The translations under genes were made by a program, and so were the position numbers. Shown here piece after piece: positions 51,957 to 63,781 of a stretch of DNA of 64,000 nucleotides; within the stretch, counting starts at the first letter, position 1, and the number at the start of each line of letters is the position of its first letter. The notes beneath the pieces were generated by a model. The model was not told where the DNA came from, did no database searches, and saw only the letters and a list, made by a program, of their open reading frames with translations. Source of the stretch: Phaeosaccion multiseriatum (Eukaryota; Protista; Ochrophyta, other classes); contig OZ218953.1 of the NCBI GenBank assembly GCA_965112735.1, positions 992,001 through 1,056,000 on the forward strand, written 5' to 3'.

Positions 51957-54280
51957 CCTCCCTCGCTCTCTCTCTGTCTCTCTTTCTTTCTCTCTCTCTC
52001 TCCCTCCCTCGCTCTCTCTCTGTCTCTCTTTCTCTCTCTGTCTCTCTCTCCCTCCCTCTTTCTCTCTCTGTCTCTCTTTCTCTCTCTGTCTCTCTCCGTC
52101 TCTCTTTCTCTCTCTGTCTCTCTCTCCCTCCCTCGCTCTCCCTCTCTCTCTGTCGTCTCTCTCCTCGCATTCTCCGCCTCTAGTGCCTCTGCCTCCAACA
52201 ATGCCCCTCTACCCCTCTAACCCCCTCCCCGCTCTTCATTATCCTTGGCATTGCTTTGCGCTCGATCGATCGTTGCCGCTTGCCCTTGGCTGGATTCGGC
52301 GTTGGACCCTACCCGCCTCTACTCTACTCCACTCTACTCTACCCTATCCTACCCTACCCTGCCCTACCCTACCCTACCGTACCATACCCTACTTTACCCT
52401 ACCCTACCCTACCCTACCCTACCCTACCCTGCCCTACCCTGCCCTGCTCTACCCTACTCTGCCCTACCCTACTCTACCCTACCCTACCCTACCCTACCCT
52501 GCTCTACCCTACCCTACCCTGCTCTACCCTACCCTACCCTACCCTACCCCACCCTACCCTACCCTACCCTACCCTACCCTGCTCTACCCTACTCTACCCT
52601 ACCCTACCCTGCCCTACCCTACCCTACCCTTCCCTACTCTGCCCTACCCTACCCTACCCTGCCCTGCCCTACCCTACCCTACCTTACCCTACTCTACTCT
52701 ACTCTACCCTACCCTACCCTACCCTACCCTACTCTGCTCTACCCTACCCTACCCTACCCTACCCTACCCTACCCTACCCTACCTTACCCTACTCTACTCT
52801 ACCCTACTCTACTCTACCCTACCCTACCCCATCCTACCCTACCCTACTCTGCTCTACCCTACCCTACCCTACCCTACCCTACTCTACCCTACCCTACCCT
52901 ACCCTACCCTACCCTCCCTTCCCTACCCTACCCTACCCTATCCTTCTCTTCCCTACCCTACCCTACCCTACCCTACCCTACCCTGCTCTACCCTACCCTA
53001 CCCTACCCTACCCTACCGTACCCTACCCTACCCTACTCTACCTTACCCTACCCTACCCTACTCTACCCTACCCTACTCTACCCTACCCTGCCCTACGCTA
53101 CCCTTCCCTACCCTACCCTTCCCTACCCTACCCTACCCTACCCTACCCTACCCTACTCTACGCTTCCCCACCTTACCCTACTACCCTACCCTACCCTACC
53201 CTACCCTACCCTAACCTAACCTACCCTACCGTACCCTACCCTACTCTGCTCTACCCTACCCTACCCTACCGTATCGGGTTGCTCAGGAATGGACATGATC
53301 AGCCTGAGTCAGCCTCCACTGCACTCAGTGCCGCTCTTTATCAACCGGCAGTCCCGAGGAGGAGAAGAAGGAGGCAGCAACAGCACCAACAGCATCAGCA
53401 GCAGCAGTCAGCAGTCCCTGAGAGGGGGAGGAGGCGGTAGCAGCACTGGCAGCTCTAGCTCTACCTTGGGAGTCTCCAACACTGGTTCGGACTCTAACGA
53501 CTCCCCCTTTCCCTTTGGAGTAGCGGAGAGAGAGAGAGCCGATCCTAATCTCTCGCACCACCTGTACCAAATTCCACATTGGATGAACCTCTCCTACGCC
53601 GCTGCCGCCTCGTCTGCTGGAGGTGAGGGAGGGAGGGAGGGAGGAACGAAGGAAGGCACTGGACTCTCTCTCTCTCGCTCATCTCACTCTTTCTCCTCTC
53701 TCGCTCATCTCACTCTTTCTCCTTCTCTCTCTCATCTCACTCTTTCTCCTCTCTCGCTCATCTCACTCTTTCTCCTCTCTCGCTCATCTCACTCTTTCTC
53801 CTCTCTCGCTCATCTCACTCTTTCTCCTCTCTCGCTCATCTCACTCTTTCTCCTTCTCTCTCTCTCGCTTGCTCTCTCTCTCGCACACACTCCCTTGCCC
53901 TCTTCTCTCTGCCCTTCCGCGCAAGGCCTCACTGAGGACCTGCAGGACTCGCCAATTGGGGGGGCGGACAACCAATATGACAACCAACAACAGCGACGGA
54001 GACACACCCGCGGCAGTAGTAGTAGCAGCAGCAGCAGCGGTAGGGAGGGAGAGGGTAGCGGCAGACGGGGATCGAAAGCTGCTGGAGGTGGAGGGGTTGG
54101 TGCTTCGGCGTTGGCAGATGTGATGCCGATTCCGAAGCTGGAGAACCCTGCTATTGTGCCAACGGACTGGGGCACGTCGGTGGGTTGGGGAGGCGTTTTA
54201 GGGGAGGACGGAGAGGCAGAGGTGCTGTCCAGGCTGCCAAAGGCGCTTACTGTGCTGCTAGGGGTGGGAGAGAATGAGGA

Positions 54281-54311
<31 letters not shown>

Positions 54312-55529
54312 CAGGGCGGCACTGACTTCGAGAAAAGTACGCCAGGCCAGGTGCCCTTGGATGCTGCTGCTGCTGCTGCCGCTGCTGTTGCTGCAGGAAG
54401 TACCAAGCTGACTAAGCCAGAAGTTTGCCCTCGGCAGCAGACGGGCGGCGGAGCCGATAGGTGGGGCAGGGAGGGAGGGAGGGAGGGAGGGAGGGGTTGT
54501 CTCCTTCAGTGTCTTGCAGTGGTGCCCTCCTTACCCTGACCCTGAAACCTAAACCCTTACCACGACCCTGGACCTTGATCCTGAGACCTGAAGCCTGACT
54601 CCTGACCCTGACCATGACCTGACCCTGACACCTTCCCCTGACCCTCGCACCCCTTCCTTCCTTCCTTCCTTCCTTCCCCTCAGTAGGGCTCCGAGCAGCG
54701 GAAGCCCAGTGTTGCATACATGGGGCACTATCACCGCCCTCTCCTCTCAGAGGGGCTTGAGTAGCAGCAAGAGTAAGAGCAAGGGCAAGCGCAAGAACAA
54801 GAGCAAGAGCAAGAAGGAGAGGAGGAAGGGGTGGGAAGCAGACGTTAATCCATCGAGAGGGAGAGGGGAAGAGGCACAGGGGACGCAGCAGCAGGACCAG
54901 CAGCAGCAGCCGCAGCAGCGGCAGTTGGTGATACAGCAGGGGCAGCAGGGGCAGGGGAAGCTGGGCCATAGGAGGTGAGGACGTAGACAGGCAGGCGCTG
55001 GTTTCTGTCCTGACACCTAGTAGCGCCCCTCTACTTCTGTCCTGACACGTATTAGTATGCCTTACCCCGCCTTCTCTTCCCCTTTCTCCCCTCCCCCCCT
55101 TCTCTTTGCTTCCCTGCTTCAATCTCTACGGTGGGGAAAGAGTGTATAGCTCAGATACATATGGCGACTACACGGATTACCAACATGCGCACCACCAACA
55201 TGTGCCCAACAACGCGAGGAGGGCTGATGTACCCATACCCCTCCCATTTAACTCGAGCACTTCGACTCTAAACTCGAGCACTTCGACTTTGTCTCCAGAC
55301 GCCCCCTCTCGGTCGCCTCCTCCTCCCCCTCTTCTGTCCATCTCGAGCACGACTCGCGGCAGCCCGGGGGGGCAGTCCTATGGGCAGCAGCAGCAGGTAT
55401 ATGGGCAGCCGCAGCAACAGCAGTCCTATGGGCAGCAGCAGCCATACGAGGCCCTCAGAATGTCGGGGCCTCTGGAGATGCAGCAGCACCCGCCGCCGCC
55501 CCTTTCGGTACGTGTGCGTGCGTGCGTAC

Positions 55530-55570
<41 letters not shown>

Positions 55571-58500
55571 TGTGCGTGTGTGTGTGTGCGCGCGTGTGTG
55601 TGCTAGTGTGTATGTTTTGTGTGTGTGCACGTGTGTGTTTGTGTCATGTCTGTCTGCCTTTCTCGCACAGCCCCTCCCTCATCTTATCTGTTTCCGAAAA
55701 CTGTCAAAGGCCGAGGATCAGGACGCCGCGCTAAGTAGAGCCTTCGAAGTGAGCGACGAAATGGTGAGTGAGTGAGTGAGTGAGTGAGTGAGTGAGTGAG
55801 TGAGTGCATGAGAGAAGGGAAACGCAACGCAGCGCACAAAGGAACACTTGCCTCCTCATCCTCATCCTCCTCATCCTCATCATCCTCATCCTCCTCATCC
55901 TTATCCTCCTCATCCTCATCCTCCTCATCCTCATCCTCTTCATCCTTATCCTCCTCATCCTTATCCTCATCATCATCATTTTCATCATCATCATCATCGT
56001 CGTCGTCGTCGTGGTCGTCGTCCTCGTCGTCGTCGTCTTCCCCCCCCTCCTCCTCCACTCCTTGTCGTACCACCAACTACTGTACCACCAACTACTGTAC
56101 CACCAACTGCCCCCCCGCGGCCCCGCACCCCCGCACCCCTCCGAGAGCAGGCCTTTTCCAACCCCGAAACCTCTCTGGTGGTGCCGCGTGGCTTGGAATT
56201 TGAGTTTAGTTGTGACAGAAGCCCCTTGGTGGGCCCCCCAGGGGCAGAGGGCGGAGGAGAGCTCGAAGCGGGGCGCAGGTACGTGGGGGCGATGGCAGTG
56301 AATGTAGACCTTAATTGAAGGGATGGCGGTGAATGTACAAAGGGATGAATGTATACTTTAATTGGAGGGATGGCAGTGAATGTACAAAAGGATGGCAGTG
56401 AATGTACACCTTAATTGGAGGGATGGCAGTGAATGTGCAAAGGGATGGCAGTGAATGTAGACCTTAATTGAAGGGATGGCAGAGAATGTACAAAGGGATG
56501 GCAGTGAATGTAGACATTTAAGGGGCGGTGGGGGTGGGGGTGAGGCATGCTGTCGGTACTGCGGCGATGAACTTGTGGCGGCGAATAGCCCCCAAACCAA
56601 CCCACCAACCAACCAACCAAAGCCACCCTTCTGCGCTACTGCTCTTGTGTGTGTGTGTGTGCGCGCGCGCTAACAACTACTACTACTACTACTACAAGCA
56701 GCAGTAGGGAAGACTTGTCATCCATCGGTCTGCCCTTGTCGCCGTCGCCAGCTGTGATGACAGCAGCGCACGAAGGAGGAGGGCTGGAGGGTGGTGAGTC
56801 CAAGTCCTTCCAAGTAAAGCCTCTCCTCCCTCCCCTCCCTCCCTCCCTCCCCTCCCCTCCCTCCCTCCCTCCCTCCCTCCCTCCCTCCCTCCCCTCCTTC
56901 CCCTCCCTCCCTCCCTCCCTCCCTCCCTCCCTCCCTCCCTCCCTCCCTCCCTCCCTCCCTCCCTCCCTCCCTCCCTCCCTCCCTCCCTCCCTCCCTCCCT
57001 CCCTCCCTCCCTCCCTCCCTCCCTCCCTCCCTCCCTCCCTCCCTCCCCTCCCTTCCTCCCTCCCTCCCTCCCTCCCTCCCTTCCTCCCTCCATCCCTTCC
57101 TCCCTCCCCTCCCTCCCTTCCTCCTTCCGGCCTCTCTGTCTCCTCTCTCCTCTCTGTCTCCTCTCTCTCCTCTCTCTCTCCCCTCTCTCTCCCCTCTCTC
57201 TCCCCTCTCTCTCCCCTCTCTCTCCCCTCTCCCCTCCCTATTCCCTCCCCCTCCCCTCTTTCTTTGTCCTCTCCCCCCCCCGTCTCCTACGTCGATGGGA
57301 AAGCAGACGCACTTGTCTACTGTATCACCAACTGCCACCCCTCTTGCTGCTGTATCACCAACTACTGCTGTACTGGTGCTCACTCAGGGGCTGGTGGTGG
57401 CAGAGCGAGCCCTCGGGGGTTGGATCTCAAGCCGTCCACCTTGGGCATCCACCACGGGACCCAACAATGTGAGGAAGGTGCAAGGGCACAAGGACGTACA
57501 CACACACAAACACACACACATACACGCACACCACACACATTCATACACACATACACATACACATACATACATACACATACATACGCACATACACACACAC
57601 ATACACACACATACATACACACACATACACACACATACATAGACACACTTACATACACACACATACACACATATACACACACACATACACTGACACAAGC
57701 ACACACACATATACACTCACAAACACACACATACATCATACCAAATGCACCGCTGTCAACGCAGCGCGCCAAACGTTTGTTTTTGTCTCCCCTCGTCTCT
57801 GCTTTGATTTCAAGCCTACACCGCATGTGCTTTTGTCGCGCTTGTCGTAGCCTGACGCCTCCTTGCAGTGACGTGGCACCACCTACTACCACCTTGCGTA
57901 GCCTACTACCACCTTGTCATAGCCTACTACCACCTTGTCATAGCCTGACGCCTCCTTGCCTCACCATTGCCATCCTTCTGTAGGTCCGCCCAAGTCGCCT
58001 CGGGGAATGAGCAAGTCCCCCCGGGGCATACCCAAGTCCCCCCGGGGAATGAGCAAGTCCCCCCGGGGCATACCCAAGTCCCCCCGGGGCATCTGTAAGT
58101 CCCCCTGGGGCATCACGTAAGTAGAGCGTGTCAATTGTGGGTATGTGTGTGTGCACTGCTCTGTTCTTCCTCCCCTCCCCTCCCCTCCCCTCCCCTCCCC
58201 TCCCCTCCCCTCCCCTCCCCTCCCCTCCCCTCCCCTCCCCTCTCCTCCTCTCCCTGCTCTGCGCTGCTTTGCTGCACTGTGCTGTGGCTCTACTCTCGCT
58301 GTCAATCCCTCCCCTGCTGACCTCCACCGTATCACCAACTGCCGTATGCCTCCCCTTCCCCCCCCCCAGCGGGTCTCGCAGCGGCTCTCGCAAGAGCTCC
58401 CCAAACCCCACCCATGCCCTCACTGCTGCCAACACCAGCTCCAATGCAAACACCAATAACAATGGGCCACGCCTGTCGGAGGCGGCTTTATGGCGGCACG

Positions 58501-59371
58501 GCAAGGTGAGGCGTATTGCGTAACCCTCCTCCTCCTCCTCCTCCTCCTCCTCCTCCTCCTCCTCCTCCTCCTCCCCCTCCCCCTCCTCCTCCTCCTCCTC
58601 CGTCCTCCTCCTCCTCCTCCTCCTTCTTCTTCTTCTTCTTCTTCTTCTTCTTCTTCTTCTTCTTCTTCTTCTCCTACTACTACTCTTACTACTACTACTA
58701 CTACTACTGCTACTACTACTAAAATCCTACTTGTACTGCTAAGCCTTGTTGTTGAGTAAGCGTGTGTTACTATTCATGCTACCATTCGTTGTACTGCTAA
58801 GCCTTGTTGTTGAGTAAGCGTGTGTTACTATTCATGCTACCATTCGTTGTACTGCTAAGCCTTGTTGTTGAGTAAGCGTGTGTTACTATTCATGCTACCA
58901 TTCGTTGTACTGCTAAGCCTTGTTGTTGAGTAAGCGTGTGTTACTATTCATGCTACCATTCGTTGTACTGCTAAGCCTTGTTGTTGAGTAAGCGTGTGTT
59001 CTATTCATGTCTTGTTGTACTAGCCTTGTTGTTGAGTAAGCGTGTGTTACTATTCATGCTACCATTCGTTGTACTGCTAAGCCTTGTTGTTGAGTAAGCG
59101 TGTGTTCGTCTTGCTTGGCACGTGTTCTCTCCCTAACCGAAACAAGACTGTGTCGTTGTTTTCTGAGTGTTAAGTCGTCGGCAAACGTACGATATGCCTC
59201 TGCTTGAACCCCATATGCCTCTGCTTGAACCCCGTATGCCTCTGCTTGGAATGCCTGTGTGCCTCTGGTTGGAATGCCCCACATCGCTCCTCCCTGCGTC
59301 TCACTCTGCGTCTCTGCTCGCCGCCTCGCTCCCTCCCCTCCCCCCCAGACTATCAGCAGTATGTCAGAGGA

Positions 59372-59402
<31 letters not shown>

Positions 59403-61263
59403 CAACAACAACAGCAACAACAAGCACAGCAAGAACAAGAACAACGACGACAACAACAACCCGGTCAGCAGTACCGAAGCCAAGGAGGAGGAGGCACCGG
59501 CCCAGGTCTCAACATCAACATCAACATCAACACTACCACCGGCAGCAGCAGCAGCAGTAGCAGCATGATGCAGCGCCAGCAGAGCAGCAGCGCCATGGTG
59601 CAGAGCAGCAGCAGCCTCCGTGCCCGGCGCAGTTTGGGTCTGCTTCCCACACCCCTCACCGTGCCCTCGGTGCCTAGCCTCGAAGCCCTGGCCACTGCCA
59701 CCGCGCATCACAACGCTGGGTCCTATGCTGTCGGGGGTGGTACTTACATCTCTCCCTCCTCCTCTTTCACCGCCACCATGGGGGGAGCAGCAGGACGTGA
59801 GTCGACTGTGTATGTGTGTGTGTGTGGAGGGTGTGTGTGTGTGTGTGTTTGTGTGTGCGTGTGTGTGTGTGCGGGAGAGAGAGTCTCTCTCAGTGTGTGA
59901 GAGAGTGCGTGTGGTTGCGTGTATGGAGTGGGTACGTTCGGACCTGCCCCTATTGAAAGGGTGGGTTGCTCTGGAGAGGTCTCTGAAATCATTGTCTTAC
60001 TATTCATTGCCTTACTATTCATTGCCAACTTAACGTCATCCATTCTTCCTCCCCTCTTCGCTTCCTCGCCCCTGTATGTCCTTCTCGCGTCCCCCCCCCC
60101 CCCCACATACACACATACGCACACACACGCAAACACACACATACATATATATACACACACATACAAACACATGCATACACATACACACACACTCACACAC
60201 ACACACATACACACACTCACACACACACTCACACACACGCACACACACACTCACACACTCACACACACACACACGCACACTCACACACTCACACACACAC
60301 ACTCACACACACACACACACTCACACACTCACACACTCACAAACACACTCACACACACATACACACTCACACACTCACACACACACACTCACACACACAC
60401 ACTCACACACACACACATACACACACACACATACACACACACACTCACACACACATACACATACACATACACACTCACACACTCACACACACTCACACTC
60501 ACACACACACACACACACACACTCACACACTCACACATACACTCACACTCACACACACACACACACTCACACACTCACACACACACACACTCACACACTC
60601 ACACACACACACACTCACACACACGCACACACACACTCACACACACGCACACACGCACACACTCACACACACACACACTCACACACACATACACACTCAC
60701 ACACTCACACACACACTCACACACACACACACTCACACACACATACACACTCACACACACACACACACTCACACACGCATACACACTCACACACACACAC
60801 ACACTCACACACACATACACACTCACACACTCACACACACACACTCACACACACACACTCACACACACACACATACACACACACACATACACACACACAC
60901 TCACACACACATACACATACACATACACACTCACACACTCACACACACTCACACTCACACACACACACACACACACACTCACACACTCACACATACACTC
61001 ACACTCACACACACACACACACTCACACACTCACACACACACACACTCACACACTCACACACACACACACTCACACACACGCACACACACACTCACACAC
61101 ACGCACACACGCACACACTCACACACACACACACTCACACACACATACACACTCACACACTCACACACACACTCACACACACACACACTCACACACACAT
61201 ACACACTCACACACACACACACACTCACACACGCATACACACTCACACACACACACACACGCA

Positions 61264-61306
<43 letters not shown>

Positions 61307-63666
61307 ACACGCACACAGGCGGCGTGCTCGTGCGCGCGTCGAGTCAATGTGCTAGTAGCTACCGCAGTCATCGCTCAGATGAGGCCGACGAACGTGGAGG
61401 GGGGGGGGATGGGAGCGGGGGGGGGGTTGGGGTGGGACCTCTCAGCAGGAGCGCAGGCAGCGGGCCGGCAGGGGGGTTCCTGAGGATGAGGGGGAGGAGG
61501 GCTCTGAGCAGGGGTAGTAGTGGTGAGGATACTGACACTGACCGGGAAGGGGAGGGAGAGGGAGAGGGAGAGAGAGAGAGAGAGCTAGAAGCTTCTACGG
61601 GCCGTAACATTCCTCGCAGCAGCCGCCGCAACCGCCGCCGCAGCAACAGCCAGGTTCAGAGTCAGGGGGGGGGGGCTTGCCTCAGCTTTGTGTCTCCCTC
61701 GGCAGGGGCTGACTGGTCATTAGTGCCAAGGGTGAGTGAGTCGAAGGTGACAGAATAAATCCACAAATCTGCTGCCAAGGTCAGCAGATGTAGTCCATCA
61801 GTAGGACCTCCTCCCACTCCTCCTCCTCCTCCTCCTCCTCCTCCTCCTCCTCCTCCTCCTCCTCCTCCTCCTCCTCCTCCTCCTCCTCCTCCTCCTCCTC
61901 CTTCTCCTCCTTTTTTTTTACTCATTCTCCCTTCCCTCCTCCTCCTCCTCCTCCTCCTCCTCTTCCTCCACCTCCTCCTCCTCCTCCCCCTCCTCCTCCC
62001 TCTCCCCCTCCTCCTCCCTCTCCCCCTCCACAGTCTCCAGAAATACGTCGTAAGAGTCCAGAAATGAGGAGGAAAGGCAGCGGAGGCGCAGCAGCAGCAC
62101 TTGGTGATACAGCAACAGGAGTTGGTGATACAGCAACAGGAGTTGGCAAGGGCATAACGGCAGTAGGAGGTATCGCAGGACAGCAGAGTCAGCTGAGCCG
62201 GGGGTTGTGGAAAGGAGGCGCACCAGTTGGTAATACAGGAGGAGGAGGAGGAGGAGGAGGAGGAGGAGGAGGAGGAGGAGGGGAAGGAGGAGGAGGAGGA
62301 GGAGGAGGAGGAGGAGGAGGAGGAGGAGGAGGGGAAGGAGGAGGAGGAGGAGGAGGAGGAGGGGACTTGATGCTGATGGATGAACAGCAGCTGCAGCAAG
62401 GCCGGCAGCAGCAGCTCTACCATCTCCAGATGCAGCAGCTCAAGCAGCAGCAGCAGCAGCAGTTGGCAGTACAGCAACAGCAGCAGCAACAGGAGCTGCT
62501 GTACTCTGTGAACCCCTTCAAGAGGCAAGACGAGGAGCATGTGCTAATGATGCGGACTCATAACCGCCGGAGGTGGAGCCACGTGTTCCCTCGTGGGGCG
62601 GTGGAGCAGCGACAGATGCCTGGTCCTAGCTGGAAGGTGAGGGAGGGAGGGAGGGAGGGAGGGAGGGAGGGAGGGGGGGGAGGGGAGGGAGGGAGGGAGG
62701 GAGGGAGGGACGGAGGGAGGGAGGGAGACTTTTTTGGCTGCTTTGCTTGCTGGTTACTGTGTGTAGAGAGCCAGAGACAGACAGAGACAGACAGGGACAC
62801 ACAGGGACAGACAGAGACAGACAGGGACAGACAGGGCGAGCACGCACATGAGCACCTACCCTCACGCGCACACCCTGACCCTGACCCTGACCCTGACCCT
62901 GACCCATACGCACACCCACACCCCCACCCCCACACACGCACACCCACACCCTGACCCTGCCCCATACGCACCAGTCCCTCTGCCAGCCTGCCCTCCTCCC
63001 GCTCACGACGGACTACCTGCCCCCCCGGGAGGAGCTGGAGCGCAACTACACAGACTCGTTCTACACCCTTACGCTACCCGACACCAGGTATGTACTCACT
63101 TGGCTGACACCAGGCGCTGGCTGATTGGCTGACTGACTGATTATTTGTCTGTCTGTCTGTCTGTCTGCCTGACTGACTGACTGACTGACTGAGTAATTGA
63201 CTGACTGCCTGACTGACTGCCTGACTGACTGCCCGACTTAACGGCCTTACTGACTGCCCATTACCTGACACCAGGCACTACAAGAGCGACCTTGCCCTGC
63301 TGGAGGAGCTCGTTTGCCAGAGGATGGCGCAAGACTTTCAGGTGGGTGGGTTATGTCAATGGATAGGTGGGTAGTAAGTCACTGGGTCGGGAGTAAGTCA
63401 ATGGGTGGGTGGGTGGGTGGGTGGGTGGGTGGGCTGGAGGAAGCCTGTTAAACTCTTGCTATCCCCCCCCCCCCACCCCTCAGCTCGTGGAGGGGGACGT
63501 GGTCAGCAGCGGTAAACTCCTAACCTCCAGCCTGGCCGGGACGGAGCATCTCCACCACCGGGGAGGAAGAGGAGGGACAGGGGGTGGTAAGAAGCTGAGC
63601 AAGCTTAGGGTGGGGGTTTCTGCACACAGAGCCGAGTACAGCTTGGGCTATAACAGGGCGAGTAAG
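47039..63666 (+). CDS. DEPDC5: GATOR1 subunit DEPDC5/IML1, many exons, continues past the window end
   Basis: [11 protein letters not shown]; [13 protein letters not shown]; [34 protein letters not shown]; [13 protein letters not shown]; [65 protein letters not shown]; [14 protein letters not shown]; [18 protein letters not shown]; [14 protein letters not shown]. Confidence 0.92.
48668..48872. repeat. 15-bp minisatellite (ATGGCAGCGGATGGG)n, ~13 copies, intronic
   Basis: Direct observation. Confidence 0.9.
50241..50373. repeat. 33-bp minisatellite, 4 copies, intronic
   Basis: Unit TTTGTGCTACTCTTCTGAACCATCTCCTCAGCT. Confidence 0.9.
52330..53270. repeat. (CCCTA)n pentanucleotide satellite, ~940 bp, in a DEPDC5 intron
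   Basis: Direct observation; variants CTCTA and CCCTG. Confidence 0.95.
53670..53855. repeat. 26-bp pyrimidine-rich minisatellite, ~7 copies, intronic
   Basis: Unit TCTCGCTCATCTCACTCTTTCTCCTC. Confidence 0.85.
56290..56515. repeat. Compound minisatellite built on GGGATGGCAGTGAATGTA, intronic
   Basis: Units end in either CAAA or GACCTTAATTGAA. Confidence 0.85.
58731..59106. repeat. 58-bp AT-richer minisatellite, ~6.5 copies, intronic
   Basis: Unit TTGTACTGCTAAGCCTTGTTGTTGAGTAAGCGTGTGTTACTATTCATGCTACCATTCG at 58731, 58789, 58847, 58905 and onward. Confidence 0.9.
60105..61316. repeat. Degenerate (CA)n array with a 456-bp higher-order duplication, intronic
   Basis: Identical translated segments at 60389-60574 and 60845-61030. 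Confidence 0.9.
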
Positions 63667-63725
63667 GTACGTGTGTGTGTTTGTGTGTGTATGTGTGTAT
63701 GTGTGTGTGTATGTGTGAGTGTGAG

Positions 63726-63781
<56 letters not shown>

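Noticed and set aside
52330-53270. Chromosome end or true telomere
   Set aside because: Flanked by in-phase DEPDC5 exons, and it is a pentamer rather than TTAGGG/TTTAGGG
51601-53440. Long 'PYPTL' ORFs resembling extensins
   Set aside because: Translations of the (CCCTA)n and (CT)n intron satellites, open in several frames
58731-59106. CRISPR-like array
   Set aside because: Units are contiguous with no unique spacers, there are no cas genes, and it lies in a eukaryotic intron
59919-61355. His/Thr-rich 478-560 aa ORFs (and similar HT/CV ORFs elsewhere)
   Set aside because: Translations of (CA)n/(GT)n intron repeats
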